From the IMG/VR virus record IMGVR_UViG_3300045808_000037: a DNA stretch of 64,000 nucleotides; one strand, 5' to 3'. How positions within the stretch are numbered: position 1 is the stretch's first letter; each line of letters starts with the position of its first letter. The DNA comes from a virus. Made by a program: the position numbers and the translations under genes. Under the pieces are notes generated by a model. The model was not told the origin of the DNA, ran no database searches, and saw nothing but the letters and a program-made list of their open reading frames with translations. Of this stretch, positions 27,226-36,478 are shown piece by piece.

Positions 27226-27244
27226 GGGGCAAAAAAGGGGCAAA
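27226..27244 (+). repeat. Integrase arm-type site pair (right)
   Basis: GGGGCAAAAAAGGGGCAAA abutting the integrase stop codon. Confidence 0.7.
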
Positions 27245-28384
27245 TTACAAATTGTTTAATCGATCGATAACCTGCTCTTTGGATTTTTTGGTCACGTGAT
27301 TATAAATTGATAAAGTCGTGTTGGCATCGGAATGTCCGACTCTCTCCATTATGGTTTTTAAAGGAAGATTCAATTCAGCTAGTAAAGAAATATGACTATG
27401 TCTGAATATGTGTGAGGATAAGTTTTTATCCCATTTTAGTTCGTCTTGAACTCTATGCAGTACCATATTAAAGCTATGGAGAGACAACGGAGTACCTCTA
27501 GATGATTTAAATATATAATCCTCGTTACTTTGGGAGCCAAATACTAAAGAGTTGTGTTCTATGATTTCATTAACAATTTTTACTGCTCTATTAGGCAAAG
27601 AAACTATTCTTTTAGAATAGATATTTTTAGGTGAAGTTTTTATAGCATCTGCCATTTTTAAGAAAGAATAGTCCAATGTGCCGTTAATATCCAAAGTACT
27701 CCCGTCAAAGTCCTTTACTTGTAATGCCTGTAACTCTCCGTATCTTAGGCCTGTTAAATATAACAATTCTGCAATGTTAGCGTGCAATAATCTTTTAGTA
27801 GATTTTCTCATATATACAAGCAACTCTGTCATTTCGCTTTGATCAAGGTATTTTTCATCCATGTTCTTTTTTCTTTTTTCTTCTTCAGCTTTTTTTCTTT
27901 GAATTTTGACATTCAGCGCTAGATTTTGTTTAATATACTTTTTCTCAACTGCATAATTCAACATGATTGAAAGGGTCGTCTTGGTCTGTTTCGTATAATT
28001 CAAGGATAGGTCACCGAAAGTATACATTTTTTCTGTAATATTACGAATCATATTCTCGTCTATATTTCGAACAAGAACATCGTCAGATATAACTTTTTGA
28101 ATATGTTTCATCATCTTTGGAACTTTGGTCCAACTTGTTCTTTTTACATGTTGTTGATAATAAACAAACCACTCTTCGTAAAGCTCCTTGAAAGTGATGT
28201 CAGATTTATCATAATTACTTAAAGCTTCCTCTATTTTTTTGTCTAATATTTTCTGTGCATTCTTCCAGGCTCTGGAAGAATCACTTGTTAGAACAGTACT
28301 TGTCTTTTTCCATTTTTCGGTATAGGGATCTTTGTATCTTTCTATAAACTTATATCTTCCGTTGCCTAAAGATTCGCTCCACAT
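27245..28384 (-). CDS. int: Tyrosine integrase
   Basis: TGLRYGEL, HIFRHSH, RVGHSD...TLSIYNH catalytic motifs; GAGGT SD before ATG at 28384. Confidence 0.95.
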   Translation of the reverse strand: MWSESLGNGRYKFIERYKDPYTEKWKKTSTVLTSDSSRAWKNAQKILDKKIEEALSNYDKSDITFKELYEEWFVYYQQHVKRTSWTKVPKMMKHIQKVISDDVLVRNIDENMIRNITEKMYTFGDLSLNYTKQTKTTLSIMLNYAVEKKYIKQNLALNVKIQRKKAEEEKRKKNMDEKYLDQSEMTELLVYMRKSTKRLLHANIAELLYLTGLRYGELQALQVKDFDGSTLDINGTLDYSFLKMADAIKTSPKNIYSKRIVSLPNRAVKIVNEIIEHNSLVFGSQSNEDYIFKSSRGTPLSLHSFNMVLHRVQDELKWDKNLSSHIFRHSHISLLAELNLPLKTIMERVGHSDANTTLSIYNHVTKKSKEQVIDRLNNL

Positions 28385-28486
28385 TGTGTATACCTCAATT
28401 CTTTGATACAATAGGCATGACTAAATAAGCCTATCGTTTATTTTGTTTTGCACGCCTGTCTTTGGTCGGAGGGGCGTGTTTTTTAT

Positions 28487-29428
28487 TTACTCGTAATAGC
28501 CTTGTTCGATTGCTTCTAATGTTTGAATTTCACCAGATGTTAATTCTCTATCTTGAATACTTTTTATTTCATTATATATACGTCTTGCATTTTCAGAAGT
28601 TCCTTCAGGCAATGTTGTTTGCTCAGCTTGACTACCATTAAATGAATCTTCATATTGACCGGAACCTACTACATAAGTTTCGTTTTCACTAGCTCTGACT
28701 GCTTCTTCCCAATCCTCGGCTGTCCAGCCTTCAGCCTTTGCTTTTTCCCACTCAGCTTCACCTTCTTGCCAGCTTGCTGGCATATCGGAAAGGCCTTCGT
28801 TATAGGAACTATCTTCATTGGGATTATTTGTATTGGCTAAAGATTTTGTTTCTTCAGGCTTTTCTAATTCAGTCAAATCAATTTCATAAATACCTATTTC
28901 TTTATCTTCATACATAGCTATCATTTTAACTGGGAAATCTAAGTTGTCCAGAGAGTAAGTCTCTATTATGTCCACGGTTTTATCGGGTAACAGTTCATCA
29001 GAACGAGAGTTTTCTTTATCAACTTGCTCATTATATGATTCGACATCATCTGTTGATCCAAATGCATCTAAGCTATAGTAGGTGTTATCGAGATCAACCT
29101 CAGAAGTTTCATTCTCTTGTTTAAATAAAACGTAATCATTAATAATATCAATAGGTGTGATATTGTTATCTGAAGTATTCTTTAATGAATACGTTATATA
29201 TAACCCATAGCCATCTTCAGACGGACTTTTAACTATTTCAGAATTTTTATAAGTAAGTTCAAACTCGTCAGTAATGATTTTCCCATATTCGAAGTCAGCT
29301 TTCTGTTCTTCAGAAACAGAAGTCGTTTGAGAAGTTGTATCAGTTGGGGGAGTTGTACTTTCTTCATTATTAGAACATCCGGTCATTATTAAACCAACAA
29401 ACAATAAGCACGGTACGACTTTTTTCAT
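28487..29428 (-). CDS. Acidic lipoprotein (possible superinfection exclusion)
   Basis: Lipobox MTG-C after a hydrophobic signal; located between int and immA. Confidence 0.75.
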   Translation of the reverse strand: MKKVVPCLLFVGLIMTGCSNNEESTTPPTDTTSQTTSVSEEQKADFEYGKIITDEFELTYKNSEIVKSPSEDGYGLYITYSLKNTSDNNITPIDIINDYVLFKQENETSEVDLDNTYYSLDAFGSTDDVESYNEQVDKENSRSDELLPDKTVDIIETYSLDNLDFPVKMIAMYEDKEIGIYEIDLTELEKPEETKSLANTNNPNEDSSYNEGLSDMPASWQEGEAEWEKAKAEGWTAEDWEEAVRASENETYVVGSGQYEDSFNGSQAEQTTLPEGTSENARRIYNEIKSIQDRELTSGEIQTLEAIEQGYYE

Positions 29429-29518
29429 CTTCTTTCCTCATTTCTCTGATATAATATATTTGTACTATCTCAGAAATGAGTAACCCTTATCGAAGCTGGT
29501 CCTTTGATAGGGGTATTT

Positions 29519-29875
29519 TTATCTTGCATATTTAACATCGTAGCCCATCCCAATACTAAATTCTTCTATTAATTGACTGTAATTATAGATATCATCGTAT
29601 TCGCTGGTGAAATAGCTTATCATAAATCTATTTGCAGCATATTCCATTTTTGACTTTAAGACAAATGAGAGTTTATAAAGCTCGTAATTATCTTGATCCT
29701 CACAAGCATGACCCAATTCATGAAGTAAAGCCCTCTTCATTTCAAAATCATTCAACTTACTATTCAATGCGATAATATTTACAATCGGAAGATATTTTCC
29801 ATGATCTTCCAAAAACTCATCATAAACTATTGTTATGTTCAACTTTTCAACAATTTCTAAAATCTGAGCATCCAA
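29519..29875 (-). CDS. immA: ImmA/IrrE family metallopeptidase (antirepressor)
   Basis: HELGH zincin motif and E..ANRF, adjacent to cI. Confidence 0.9.
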   Translation of the reverse strand: MDAQILEIVEKLNITIVYDEFLEDHGKYLPIVNIIALNSKLNDFEMKRALLHELGHACEDQDNYELYKLSFVLKSKMEYAANRFMISYFTSEYDDIYNYSQLIEEFSIGMGYDVKYAR

Positions 29876-29887
29876 ACAAACACCCTC

Positions 29888-30232
29888 TTATATTTTTCCG
29901 TCCAAGTATGCTTTTGCAATCCTCTCTAATACTTCACGGTCATTTTCAGAAACTTCTTTACCGTTATAACTCATAACAGATTTTAAAGCTTCTTCTATGG
30001 TCAATTCTTTTTGTTTTTCGGACATACCCATGTGTGGGTTATCTGTTCTTCCTAAAAGATAATCAGTGGACACATGGAAATATTCAGCGATTTTCGCTAA
30101 TTTGTCTACAGATGGAGCGCTTTTTCCCCATTTAGTAATTGAACCGCTTGATAACCCGGTACGCCTTTCCAACTCAGCAAGGCTAATATTCCTCTGTTTA
30201 GCCAGCTCTTTTATTTTACCCAAAACGTCCAT
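29888..30232 (-). CDS. cI-like XRE family repressor
   Basis: N-terminal HTH SLAELERRTGLSSGSITKW, FHVSTDYLLGRTD. Confidence 0.92.
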   Translation of the reverse strand: MDVLGKIKELAKQRNISLAELERRTGLSSGSITKWGKSAPSVDKLAKIAEYFHVSTDYLLGRTDNPHMGMSEKQKELTIEEALKSVMSYNGKEVSENDREVLERIAKAYLDGKI

Positions 30233-30242
30233 TTTTACACCT

Positions 30243-30441
30243 CGGAAAATTTTTCATATTTTTCTGTTGACGTGGAAAATATTCCGTGATATATTATGTG
30301 TGTGAGACAAAGGTACACAAAATAACCCACGTAACAGTGGATGAAATAGCGATAATGTTTGGTGGCATACGCTTATTTCGTTGTGCTTTTATTATGGAAT
30401 ATTTTCCGAGGTGTGTCAATAGTTTTTTAGAAAATATTCTA
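30243..30441. promoter_or_regulatory. Genetic switch: face-to-face promoters and four GGAAAATATTCC-type operators
   Basis: Rightward TTGACG-17-TATATT (30267-30295); leftward TTGACA-17-CATAAT (30391-30419); operators at ~30243, 30273, 30395, 30428. Confidence 0.75.
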
Positions 30442-30461
30442 ATAGAAAGGAGGGATTTTGA

Positions 30462-30677
30462 TTGTTGTATGAAAAAATTAAAAAACTTGCGTTTCAAAAA
30501 GATGTTTCTATTAACAAAATGGAGAGGGATTTAGGATTTAGCTCATCTTATATTTCTAAATGGAATAAATCAATGCCTTCAGCTGAAAAGTTGTTGAAAG
30601 TATCTAATTACTTGAACGTTTCTATTGAGATGTTATTAGAAAAAGAAAATCAAGAACAGAAAGGAGAAAAAGCATGA
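30462..30677 (+). CDS. Cro-like XRE regulator
   Basis: HTH SINKMERDLGFSSSYISKW; divergent from cI. Confidence 0.88.
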   Translation: MLYEKIKKLAFQKDVSINKMERDLGFSSSYISKWNKSMPSAEKLLKVSNYLNVSIEMLLEKENQEQKGEKA

Positions 30678-30961
30678 AAAAACCAACTATTCCGGAATTA
30701 ATCAAAATGGCTACGGATAAGACTTCGATTTCTGAATGGGATAGGCGTGAAGATTTAATGATTCGTTTCAATGGGTTATCTCGTACTACTTTAAATACGT
30801 ATCAAAAAGAGATGGAGAGTATTCCTGAATTCAAAGAGGGCGTTTTAAAACCAACCCATAGCGTAACTTGGATTCACCTTGGAACATTCCTTTGGTATTT
30901 GAAATGGAAAGAAGCTAACCGTTATAGATCAAAAAAATTGAAACCTTCAGAGGTTGCATGA
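30674..30961 (+). CDS. Putative excisionase/DNA-binding protein
   Basis: Winged-helix-like pattern (FNGLSRTTL, THSVTWIHL); position after cro. Confidence 0.55.
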   Translation: MKKPTIPELIKMATDKTSISEWDRREDLMIRFNGLSRTTLNTYQKEMESIPEFKEGVLKPTHSVTWIHLGTFLWYLKWKEANRYRSKKLKPSEVA

Positions 30962-30977
30962 AAAAGGAGGGACCAAA

Positions 30978-31100
30978 ATGAAAATTACAATCGAGGCAAC
31001 ACCAGGGGAAATAACAAAATTGCTCCAAGCTGTCGGAAGCAACCTAGAGCAAAAATTAGTGAAAATTATTCATTATCCTAATAGTGTTTCGAAAGAATAG
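30978..31100 (+). CDS. Small hypothetical protein (40 aa)
   Basis: AAGGAGG SD; MKITIEATPGEITKLLQAV; not in the ORF track. Confidence 0.55.
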   Translation: MKITIEATPGEITKLLQAVGSNLEQKLVKIIHYPNSVSKE

Positions 31101-31134
31101 AAACATTTGAACAAATGTAAAGGAGGAAATATTA

Positions 31135-31308
31135 ATGGATTTAATTATTGATGAAGGTGGCCATGGAGAAAAACATTCCAAATTATCTCGCATCGAGATA
31201 GAACGATTAGTTTTACTAAATATTGATGATTCCGTTATATCAATTGAAATCAAAAAGATCCCATTTGAAGATATGAGATCTAATACAGGTGTTGATTCTT
31301 CTAATTAA
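31135..31308 (+). CDS. Small hypothetical protein (57 aa)
   Basis: AAGGAGG SD; MDLIIDEGGHGEKHSK; not in the ORF track. Confidence 0.5.
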   Translation: MDLIIDEGGHGEKHSKLSRIEIERLVLLNIDDSVISIEIKKIPFEDMRSNTGVDSSN

Positions 31309-31582
31309 AAGTTCGCTTATCGCTTTTAAGCCAATCAACAGCTTCTTTAGGAAGATTATGCGAAGCCCAATGTTTGCGAACCTCTATCACTAGTGCGACA
31401 TCATTTGAATCAATGACATTATTGATTTTATCTCGTATTTCTGATGCAGATAACGATGTATCTATGAGCCAAAATGAATCGAATCTTTTTGAATAAGCAC
31501 CTAGAGATTTAATCGTATCATGTAGAGTTTCGTAATCTTGTTTAGGTTTGTGCAAATCATACGTGATTGCATAGAGAGCCAT
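31301..31582 (-). CDS. Stand-alone Cas2/VapD-like ferredoxin-fold protein
   Basis: YAITYDL first strand, DY..L...IKSLG, SFWLID; own extended -10 TGgTATAAT at 31634-31642. Confidence 0.6.
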   Translation of the reverse strand: MALYAITYDLHKPKQDYETLHDTIKSLGAYSKRFDSFWLIDTSLSASEIRDKINNVIDSNDVALVIEVRKHWASHNLPKEAVDWLKSDKRTFN

Positions 31583-31660
31583 AAATTTCACCCCCTTATC
31601 AATTATTTCAGCCGACCACTGACTGATAAGGAAATTATACCAAAGAAAGGAAATTGAAAA

Positions 31661-32374
31661 ATGACAAATTTAGCAATTATGAAAGATCAGCAAGCGGTAA
31701 CAAGTAGTTTACAAGTTGCAGAAGTATTCGGAAAGAAACATCAGCACGTATTAAGAGACCTGTTGAATTTAAAAGAGGGTGTCCAAAATTGGACAGACTT
31801 ATTTTTTGAAGATAATTACGTCCATCCGCAAAATAAACAAACTTATCCGCAAATTATCATGAATCGAGACGGCTTCACATTGCTGGCTATGGGATTCACA
31901 GGGAAGGCTGCATTGCAATTCAAGCTTAAATACATTGATGCATTCAACAAAATGGAAGATCGCATCAAACAGCAGCCACAGATTCCAACTTCGCCTCGTG
32001 AATTAGCAAAACTTGCTTTAGAAGCAAACGAAGAAACAAATCAACGCCTTGATAACATCAACACTCGTCTGGTAGACATCGAAGAAAATAAGTTGATCAC
32101 TACTGAAGACAAAGGAACAATCGATCGTGCGGTTCAAAAGAAAGTCTATCAGATCTGCAAGGATCAACATCTTGGGCAAGGCGCAAAAAGCATGCTGTTT
32201 CAGGATTTGGGATCTAGCATCAAACAATTGTTCAACGTTCCAAATCGTGGCCGTATCAAAGACAAGGATTTTCAAAAGGTTCTGGGTTTTATTGATCATT
32301 GGCAACCGTCATCTGTAACCAAGGAACGAATCAATCAGATTCAAACAGAATTGGATATGGAGGATCGGGCATGA
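31661..32374 (+). CDS. Rha family regulator/antirepressor with ORF6C-like C-terminus
   Basis: TSSLQVAEVFGKKHQHVLRD, MNRDGFTLLAMGFTGKAALQFKLKYIDAFNKME. Confidence 0.9.
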   Translation: MTNLAIMKDQQAVTSSLQVAEVFGKKHQHVLRDLLNLKEGVQNWTDLFFEDNYVHPQNKQTYPQIIMNRDGFTLLAMGFTGKAALQFKLKYIDAFNKMEDRIKQQPQIPTSPRELAKLALEANEETNQRLDNINTRLVDIEENKLITTEDKGTIDRAVQKKVYQICKDQHLGQGAKSMLFQDLGSSIKQLFNVPNRGRIKDKDFQKVLGFIDHWQPSSVTKERINQIQTELDMEDRA

Positions 32375-32550
32375 AAAAAGTGTATTGGCTCAGACGTGTA
32401 GCATTAATTCTCTCCACATTTGCTGTTGGGGTGTTGATTACAGGAGATGTACCAGCGTGGTTAAAAATTGCTTTTCCAGTTTTAGCTATATGGTGGCTAA
32501 TGCTGTATGACGAAGCAACTTTTGAACGGAGAGTGAAGCGATATGAGTAG
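32371..32550 (+). CDS. Small two-TM membrane protein
   Basis: GGAGG SD before ATG at 32371. Confidence 0.6.
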   Translation: MKKVYWLRRVALILSTFAVGVLITGDVPAWLKIAFPVLAIWWLMLYDEATFERRVKRYE

Positions 32551-32695
32551 AGCAGAAGCGCTATGCATTGGTAAAGTCATTGCTGATCGATGGTACAGAC
32601 ACAACAAGCCGTTAATTCGATCTAGACAACATATCGAACGAATGAAACGAAAAAAAGAGTCTACACCAGTTCCCGCTAGTGTAGACCAAATGTAA
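32543..32695 (+). CDS. Small basic hypothetical protein (50 aa)
   Basis: MSRAEALCIGKVIADRWYRHNK; coupled to the upstream gene. Confidence 0.5.
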   Translation: MSRAEALCIGKVIADRWYRHNKPLIRSRQHIERMKRKKESTPVPASVDQM

Positions 32696-32721
32696 ACATT
32701 ATTAGTTAAGGAGATTATACT

Positions 32722-32910
32722 ATGAATTCATTTGACAGTCTAGGGGCAAGACAATTGCCGCCAGATGAACCAGATCCGATTGCATTTGATTGGCGTGGCA
32801 ATCCCTTATACCAAGGTGATCTAGTCTATTCCATTGATGATCACTTCATCCATGAGGATGACCTGTTGGAGTACTGCAAATCAAAACTAGGAAAGCCGGT
32901 GCCGTTATGA
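32722..32910 (+). CDS. Hypothetical protein
   Basis: AAGGAG SD; ORF track. Confidence 0.65.
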   Translation: MNSFDSLGARQLPPDEPDPIAFDWRGNPLYQGDLVYSIDDHFIHEDDLLEYCKSKLGKPVPL

Positions 32911-33671
32911 CAATAAAAGCAATTGTTCCTTTTGAGGATCTTTACAACCGAGACATAAAGAAAGCAGTTAAAAAGAATGTCCAAAAATATACAGACAAGC
33001 AAGGAGAGCCTCAAGAATATACTCTTGAATATCTTTCGTGGTCATACGGATGGCGAGAAATGAAGCGTATCGATCCAGAGGCATCAGAAAAAGTACACGA
33101 ATTTCCAATGTTTGATAATCAATTTCGAATGATTGAAGGGGTTACGGTCCCTTATTTAAAAACACCACAAGGATTTTTCGTGAGAAACACTGTGACATTT
33201 CAAGGTAAGGCAGAAACAGAATGGCTGCCAATTGTTGAAAAAGCCAAGTATCCAGTATCTAATCCTAACAGTTTTCAAATTAACACTAGTAATAAACGCT
33301 GCTTTGTTAAAGCGTTGGCCAAACATGGATTAGGCTTGTATCTATATGCAGGGGAAGATATGCCAGAAGATATTTCTAAGCCAGAACTAATTAGCGAGGA
33401 ACAAGTCGGCTATTTGGACGAAATACTCAATGTTGTTGCTCAAGCGACAGACACTGATTTTGAAATCCTTGTTGCAAATATACGAGAAAACACAAAAATA
33501 CAAACACCATTTGATCAATTAAATAAAAATGAGTATGGGTCTATTTTGAATCGTGCAAATCGTTTGAAACTTGAAGCGGAAAAAATTCAGAAAGCTAAAA
33601 TATCTGAACAAGCAGTACCGAAAAAGAATGAAACTAAATCATTTACATGGGGGAAAATATCTGATGAATGA
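32907..33671 (+). CDS. Sak/Rad52-like single-strand annealing protein (DUF1071)
   Basis: YLSWSYGW, INTSNKRCFVKALAKHGLGLYLYAGEDMP. Confidence 0.88.
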   Translation: MTIKAIVPFEDLYNRDIKKAVKKNVQKYTDKQGEPQEYTLEYLSWSYGWREMKRIDPEASEKVHEFPMFDNQFRMIEGVTVPYLKTPQGFFVRNTVTFQGKAETEWLPIVEKAKYPVSNPNSFQINTSNKRCFVKALAKHGLGLYLYAGEDMPEDISKPELISEEQVGYLDEILNVVAQATDTDFEILVANIRENTKIQTPFDQLNKNEYGSILNRANRLKLEAEKIQKAKISEQAVPKKNETKSFTWGKISDE

Positions 33672-34578
33672 ATTAATCAAAACAGACACATCAATTCAGA
33701 TTGACTATACACCAAGTACCATTGAAATCAAAAATGAAGCAGAGCTTGAAGCGCTTGTTAAAAATACCGCCAATCATTACAAAAGTTTGACCTTTAGTGA
33801 AGGAGACATCCAAGGAGCTAAAGATGCACGATCGTCTCTGAATAACATTATCAAATTGCTGGAAGAAAAACGAAAAGAAGTAAAAAACGGGTATTCAGAG
33901 CCGTTAAAAGCATTTGAAGCCAAGATCAAGACATTTGTTAATCAGATGGAAGCGGCAAAAGAAGGAATTTCTCAGAGCCTCGAAAAGTTCGAAACGAAAG
34001 AACGTGATTCCCGATTGCAGAAAGTGAAAGAAAAAATAGAGGATCTGTGCAGTGCATTAGGTGTCGATCCAAGTGAAATTGAAATTTCTGATCGATGGAC
34101 AAATAAAGGTTCATTCACTGCTGCTAAGGGTGAATTAACAAAAGCGATCAGTAAAGAAATCACAGATACCATTAATGAAATCGTGACAAAGAAACAAACA
34201 TTAGCAGCGAATAAACAAGCAGTTGAAAGCTATGCGCAGGCTGTTGGCTTAGATCCATTCTCTTGGGTTCGTTGGATCGATCAAGGCCACGAATTGCAAG
34301 AAGTCTTTGATCAAATCAATCAAGTCGTGGCAGAGCAAAAAGCTCGTATCGCTATAGGCGAAGAAGTTATCCAAGAAGTCAAACAAAAAGAGCATGTCCC
34401 CTCGGTGCCAATTGACTTAGAGACTGGCGAAATCAAAGAAGAATCAGTCGGAGAAAGGGAAACGCCGGTTTATGAAAAAGTCTCAACTATAAAGCTTGGA
34501 GGATCGGAAGCAAAATTTTTTGAGCTAAACAAACGAATTGTTGAATTAAAAATTGATGTTATAGAAGTGATTGAGTGA
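33664..34578 (+). CDS. DUF1351-like coiled-coil protein
   Basis: AKDARSSLN...RKEVKNGYSEPLKAFEAKIK; position after the SSAP gene. Confidence 0.75.
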   Translation: MNELIKTDTSIQIDYTPSTIEIKNEAELEALVKNTANHYKSLTFSEGDIQGAKDARSSLNNIIKLLEEKRKEVKNGYSEPLKAFEAKIKTFVNQMEAAKEGISQSLEKFETKERDSRLQKVKEKIEDLCSALGVDPSEIEISDRWTNKGSFTAAKGELTKAISKEITDTINEIVTKKQTLAANKQAVESYAQAVGLDPFSWVRWIDQGHELQEVFDQINQVVAEQKARIAIGEEVIQEVKQKEHVPSVPIDLETGEIKEESVGERETPVYEKVSTIKLGGSEAKFFELNKRIVELKIDVIEVIE

Positions 34579-35300
34579 TGCTAGCCAAGATTCTAAAGCA
34601 ACAGGGGAACAGATTTCTACTGGAAGTTGACGAGAATGTGAATCCTGAGCACCTTGAAACGATCCGCAGGGGACAGGAGGGATTCGCAGAAATTCAGTTT
34701 ATAGATAATGACCCCAGAAGTGCGAAGCAAAATGCATTGTCTCATTCATTGATCAAAGATATTGCTGAGAGTGAAAATATTCCACGCTATGAAGCGAAAG
34801 AGAAAATGCGAAACATTTATCAAAATACGTACGATTGTGAGTTCAGCCATGCTGAGGCTAGTAAATCAGAGATGAACCGATGGATTGACTTTCTAATCGA
34901 ATACGTTGTTGCAGAAGGGGTTCAACTGCCTAGGCGTTATAACTATCTTCTGGAACACGATAGTTTCTTCTACTTCTGCTGCAAATACCGCAAATGCGCA
35001 GTAACTGGTCAATCAGGCGCGCAGATCCACCATGTAACAGCGGTAGGAAACCGACACAGGAACAAAGTCGATCATCGGAAGTTTCCATTTGTTGCTTTGA
35101 GTTGGAAGTACCACAATATCGCTCACAACTTAGGTCAAGAAGAGTTTATTCAAAAATATCAAATCAAACCAGTCTACTTAGACCAAGAGGCATTGATCAA
35201 GATCGGCATTATGAACAACGCCCAAATTATGCGATTTGATGAAGAATACGAAACGGAAGATTTGTTCAAGAAAGCTATTGAGGAGGAGTATCGTGAGTGA
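34578..35300 (+). CDS. Putative HNHc nuclease
   Basis: SAKQN N-terminal motif, CAVTG...QIHH, ALSWKYHNIAHNLG. Confidence 0.8.
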   Translation: MLAKILKQQGNRFLLEVDENVNPEHLETIRRGQEGFAEIQFIDNDPRSAKQNALSHSLIKDIAESENIPRYEAKEKMRNIYQNTYDCEFSHAEASKSEMNRWIDFLIEYVVAEGVQLPRRYNYLLEHDSFFYFCCKYRKCAVTGQSGAQIHHVTAVGNRHRNKVDHRKFPFVALSWKYHNIAHNLGQEEFIQKYQIKPVYLDQEALIKIGIMNNAQIMRFDEEYETEDLFKKAIEEEYRE

Positions 35301-36138
35301 TCACCGAAGTTATTTTGCAGTAATTCCTGCCAGTGTTAGATATGACGATACTTTAATACCTAACGCAAAACTTTTGTACGGAGAAATTACCGCCTTGTGC
35401 AATGAAAAAGGCTATTGCTGGGCAAGTAATGACTATTTCGCCAGTCAGTATAAAGTAGGTAAGTCTACTATTCAAAATTGGCTTAAGTCCCTTGAAGATA
35501 GGGGGTTCATATACAGAGAGGTCAAATACAAAAAAGGGACTAAGGAAATTGAAGCTAGGTATATCAGAATTCTAGACGGCCCCACCCAGAAAAATGTAGG
35601 GTGTAGCCCAGAAAAATGGGTGACCCCTCACCCAGAAATCTATCAAGATAATAATACATCTATTAATAATACATTTAATAATACAAATAAAGAAGAAGTT
35701 GAAACTCCTCCTGTGAAGTATTCTACCGAACACTTCACGCTTGCTTCGAAGCTTAAAAATAATTTGATATATGATTTTCCTAAAGAAATGAAAAAAGCCA
35801 ACTTGGAAAAATGGGCAGATGTTATCCGCCTTATGGAGGAAAAGGATGATCGTACTATCAAACAAATGGAATATGTGATCAATTGGCTTCCTTCAAGTGA
35901 GTTTTGGTTTGGCAATATCAGAAGTGCTAAAAAGCTGAGAGAAAAATTTGACAGTCTCAAGTTTGAGATAAAAAAAGAAACAAGTAACCAAAAGCGAATG
36001 AAGAAACCTTTTATTCGAGAAGAACCATTGCCTGAAAGGTTCGTTAATCCTGAACCAGAGCCTGAAATTGCCCCAGAACGCCAAGCGGAAATAAATGCTA
36101 AGGTCCAAGCCTATCTAAACAAAAAGGGAGGTGGTTAG
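35293..36138 (+). CDS. Phage replication initiator (N-terminal HTH)
   Basis: YFAVIPASVRYD, AKLLYGEITAL...GYCWASNDY; internal iterons. Confidence 0.85.
   Translation: MSDHRSYFAVIPASVRYDDTLIPNAKLLYGEITALCNEKGYCWASNDYFASQYKVGKSTIQNWLKSLEDRGFIYREVKYKKGTKEIEARYIRILDGPTQKNVGCSPEKWVTPHPEIYQDNNTSINNTFNNTNKEEVETPPVKYSTEHFTLASKLKNNLIYDFPKEMKKANLEKWADVIRLMEEKDDRTIKQMEYVINWLPSSEFWFGNIRSAKKLREKFDSLKFEIKKETSNQKRMKKPFIREEPLPERFVNPEPEPEIAPERQAEINAKVQAYLNKKGGG
35585..35685 (+). repeat. Probable replication origin (iterons plus AT-rich repeats)
   Basis: CCCAGAAA(A)ATG-type repeat at 35585, 35607, 35631; AATAATACA at 35650, 35665, 35677. Confidence 0.7.
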
Positions 36139-36142
36139 TTAG

Positions 36143-36448
36143 ATGGATAAAGAAAAAAGTCTTGAAAAAAAGATTCGCCGGCAACGGATGGTTTACCTTG
36201 CGGAAAAAGTCGATCTTGAAAAAGACCCCGATGCCAAAAGAGAATGGGAAAAGCTTCGGAAGGATCTCTATGAAGGTGTAAACCCTGAAAAACGTTTAGT
36301 TGAGGTCCTGTATAAAGGGGACGTCATTTTTACAGGAAATAAGAAAACCGTTAGTGAGAAATGCAAGAAGTCCAAAGTCACTGTTAAAAATTTAATCCAA
36401 AGTGGGAAACCTGATAAACAAGGGCGAATTTACCGCTGGAAGGAGTAA
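36143..36448 (+). CDS. Hypothetical protein
   Basis: GGAGG SD; ORF track. Confidence 0.7.
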   Translation: MDKEKSLEKKIRRQRMVYLAEKVDLEKDPDAKREWEKLRKDLYEGVNPEKRLVEVLYKGDVIFTGNKKTVSEKCKKSKVTVKNLIQSGKPDKQGRIYRWKE

Positions 36449-36478
36449 CCCTCAAGGTGTCCCACCATTTCATAGGAG

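Noticed and set aside
31301-31582. CRISPR-Cas system
   Set aside because: Only a lone Cas2/VapD-like ORF; no cas1, effector genes or repeat-spacer array seen anywhere in the window
33571-33663. Longest-ORF starts for several genes (33571, 35236, 42936, 47954, 49568, 28411)
   Set aside because: Downstream starts have clear SD sequences or avoid long overlaps; coordinates adjusted
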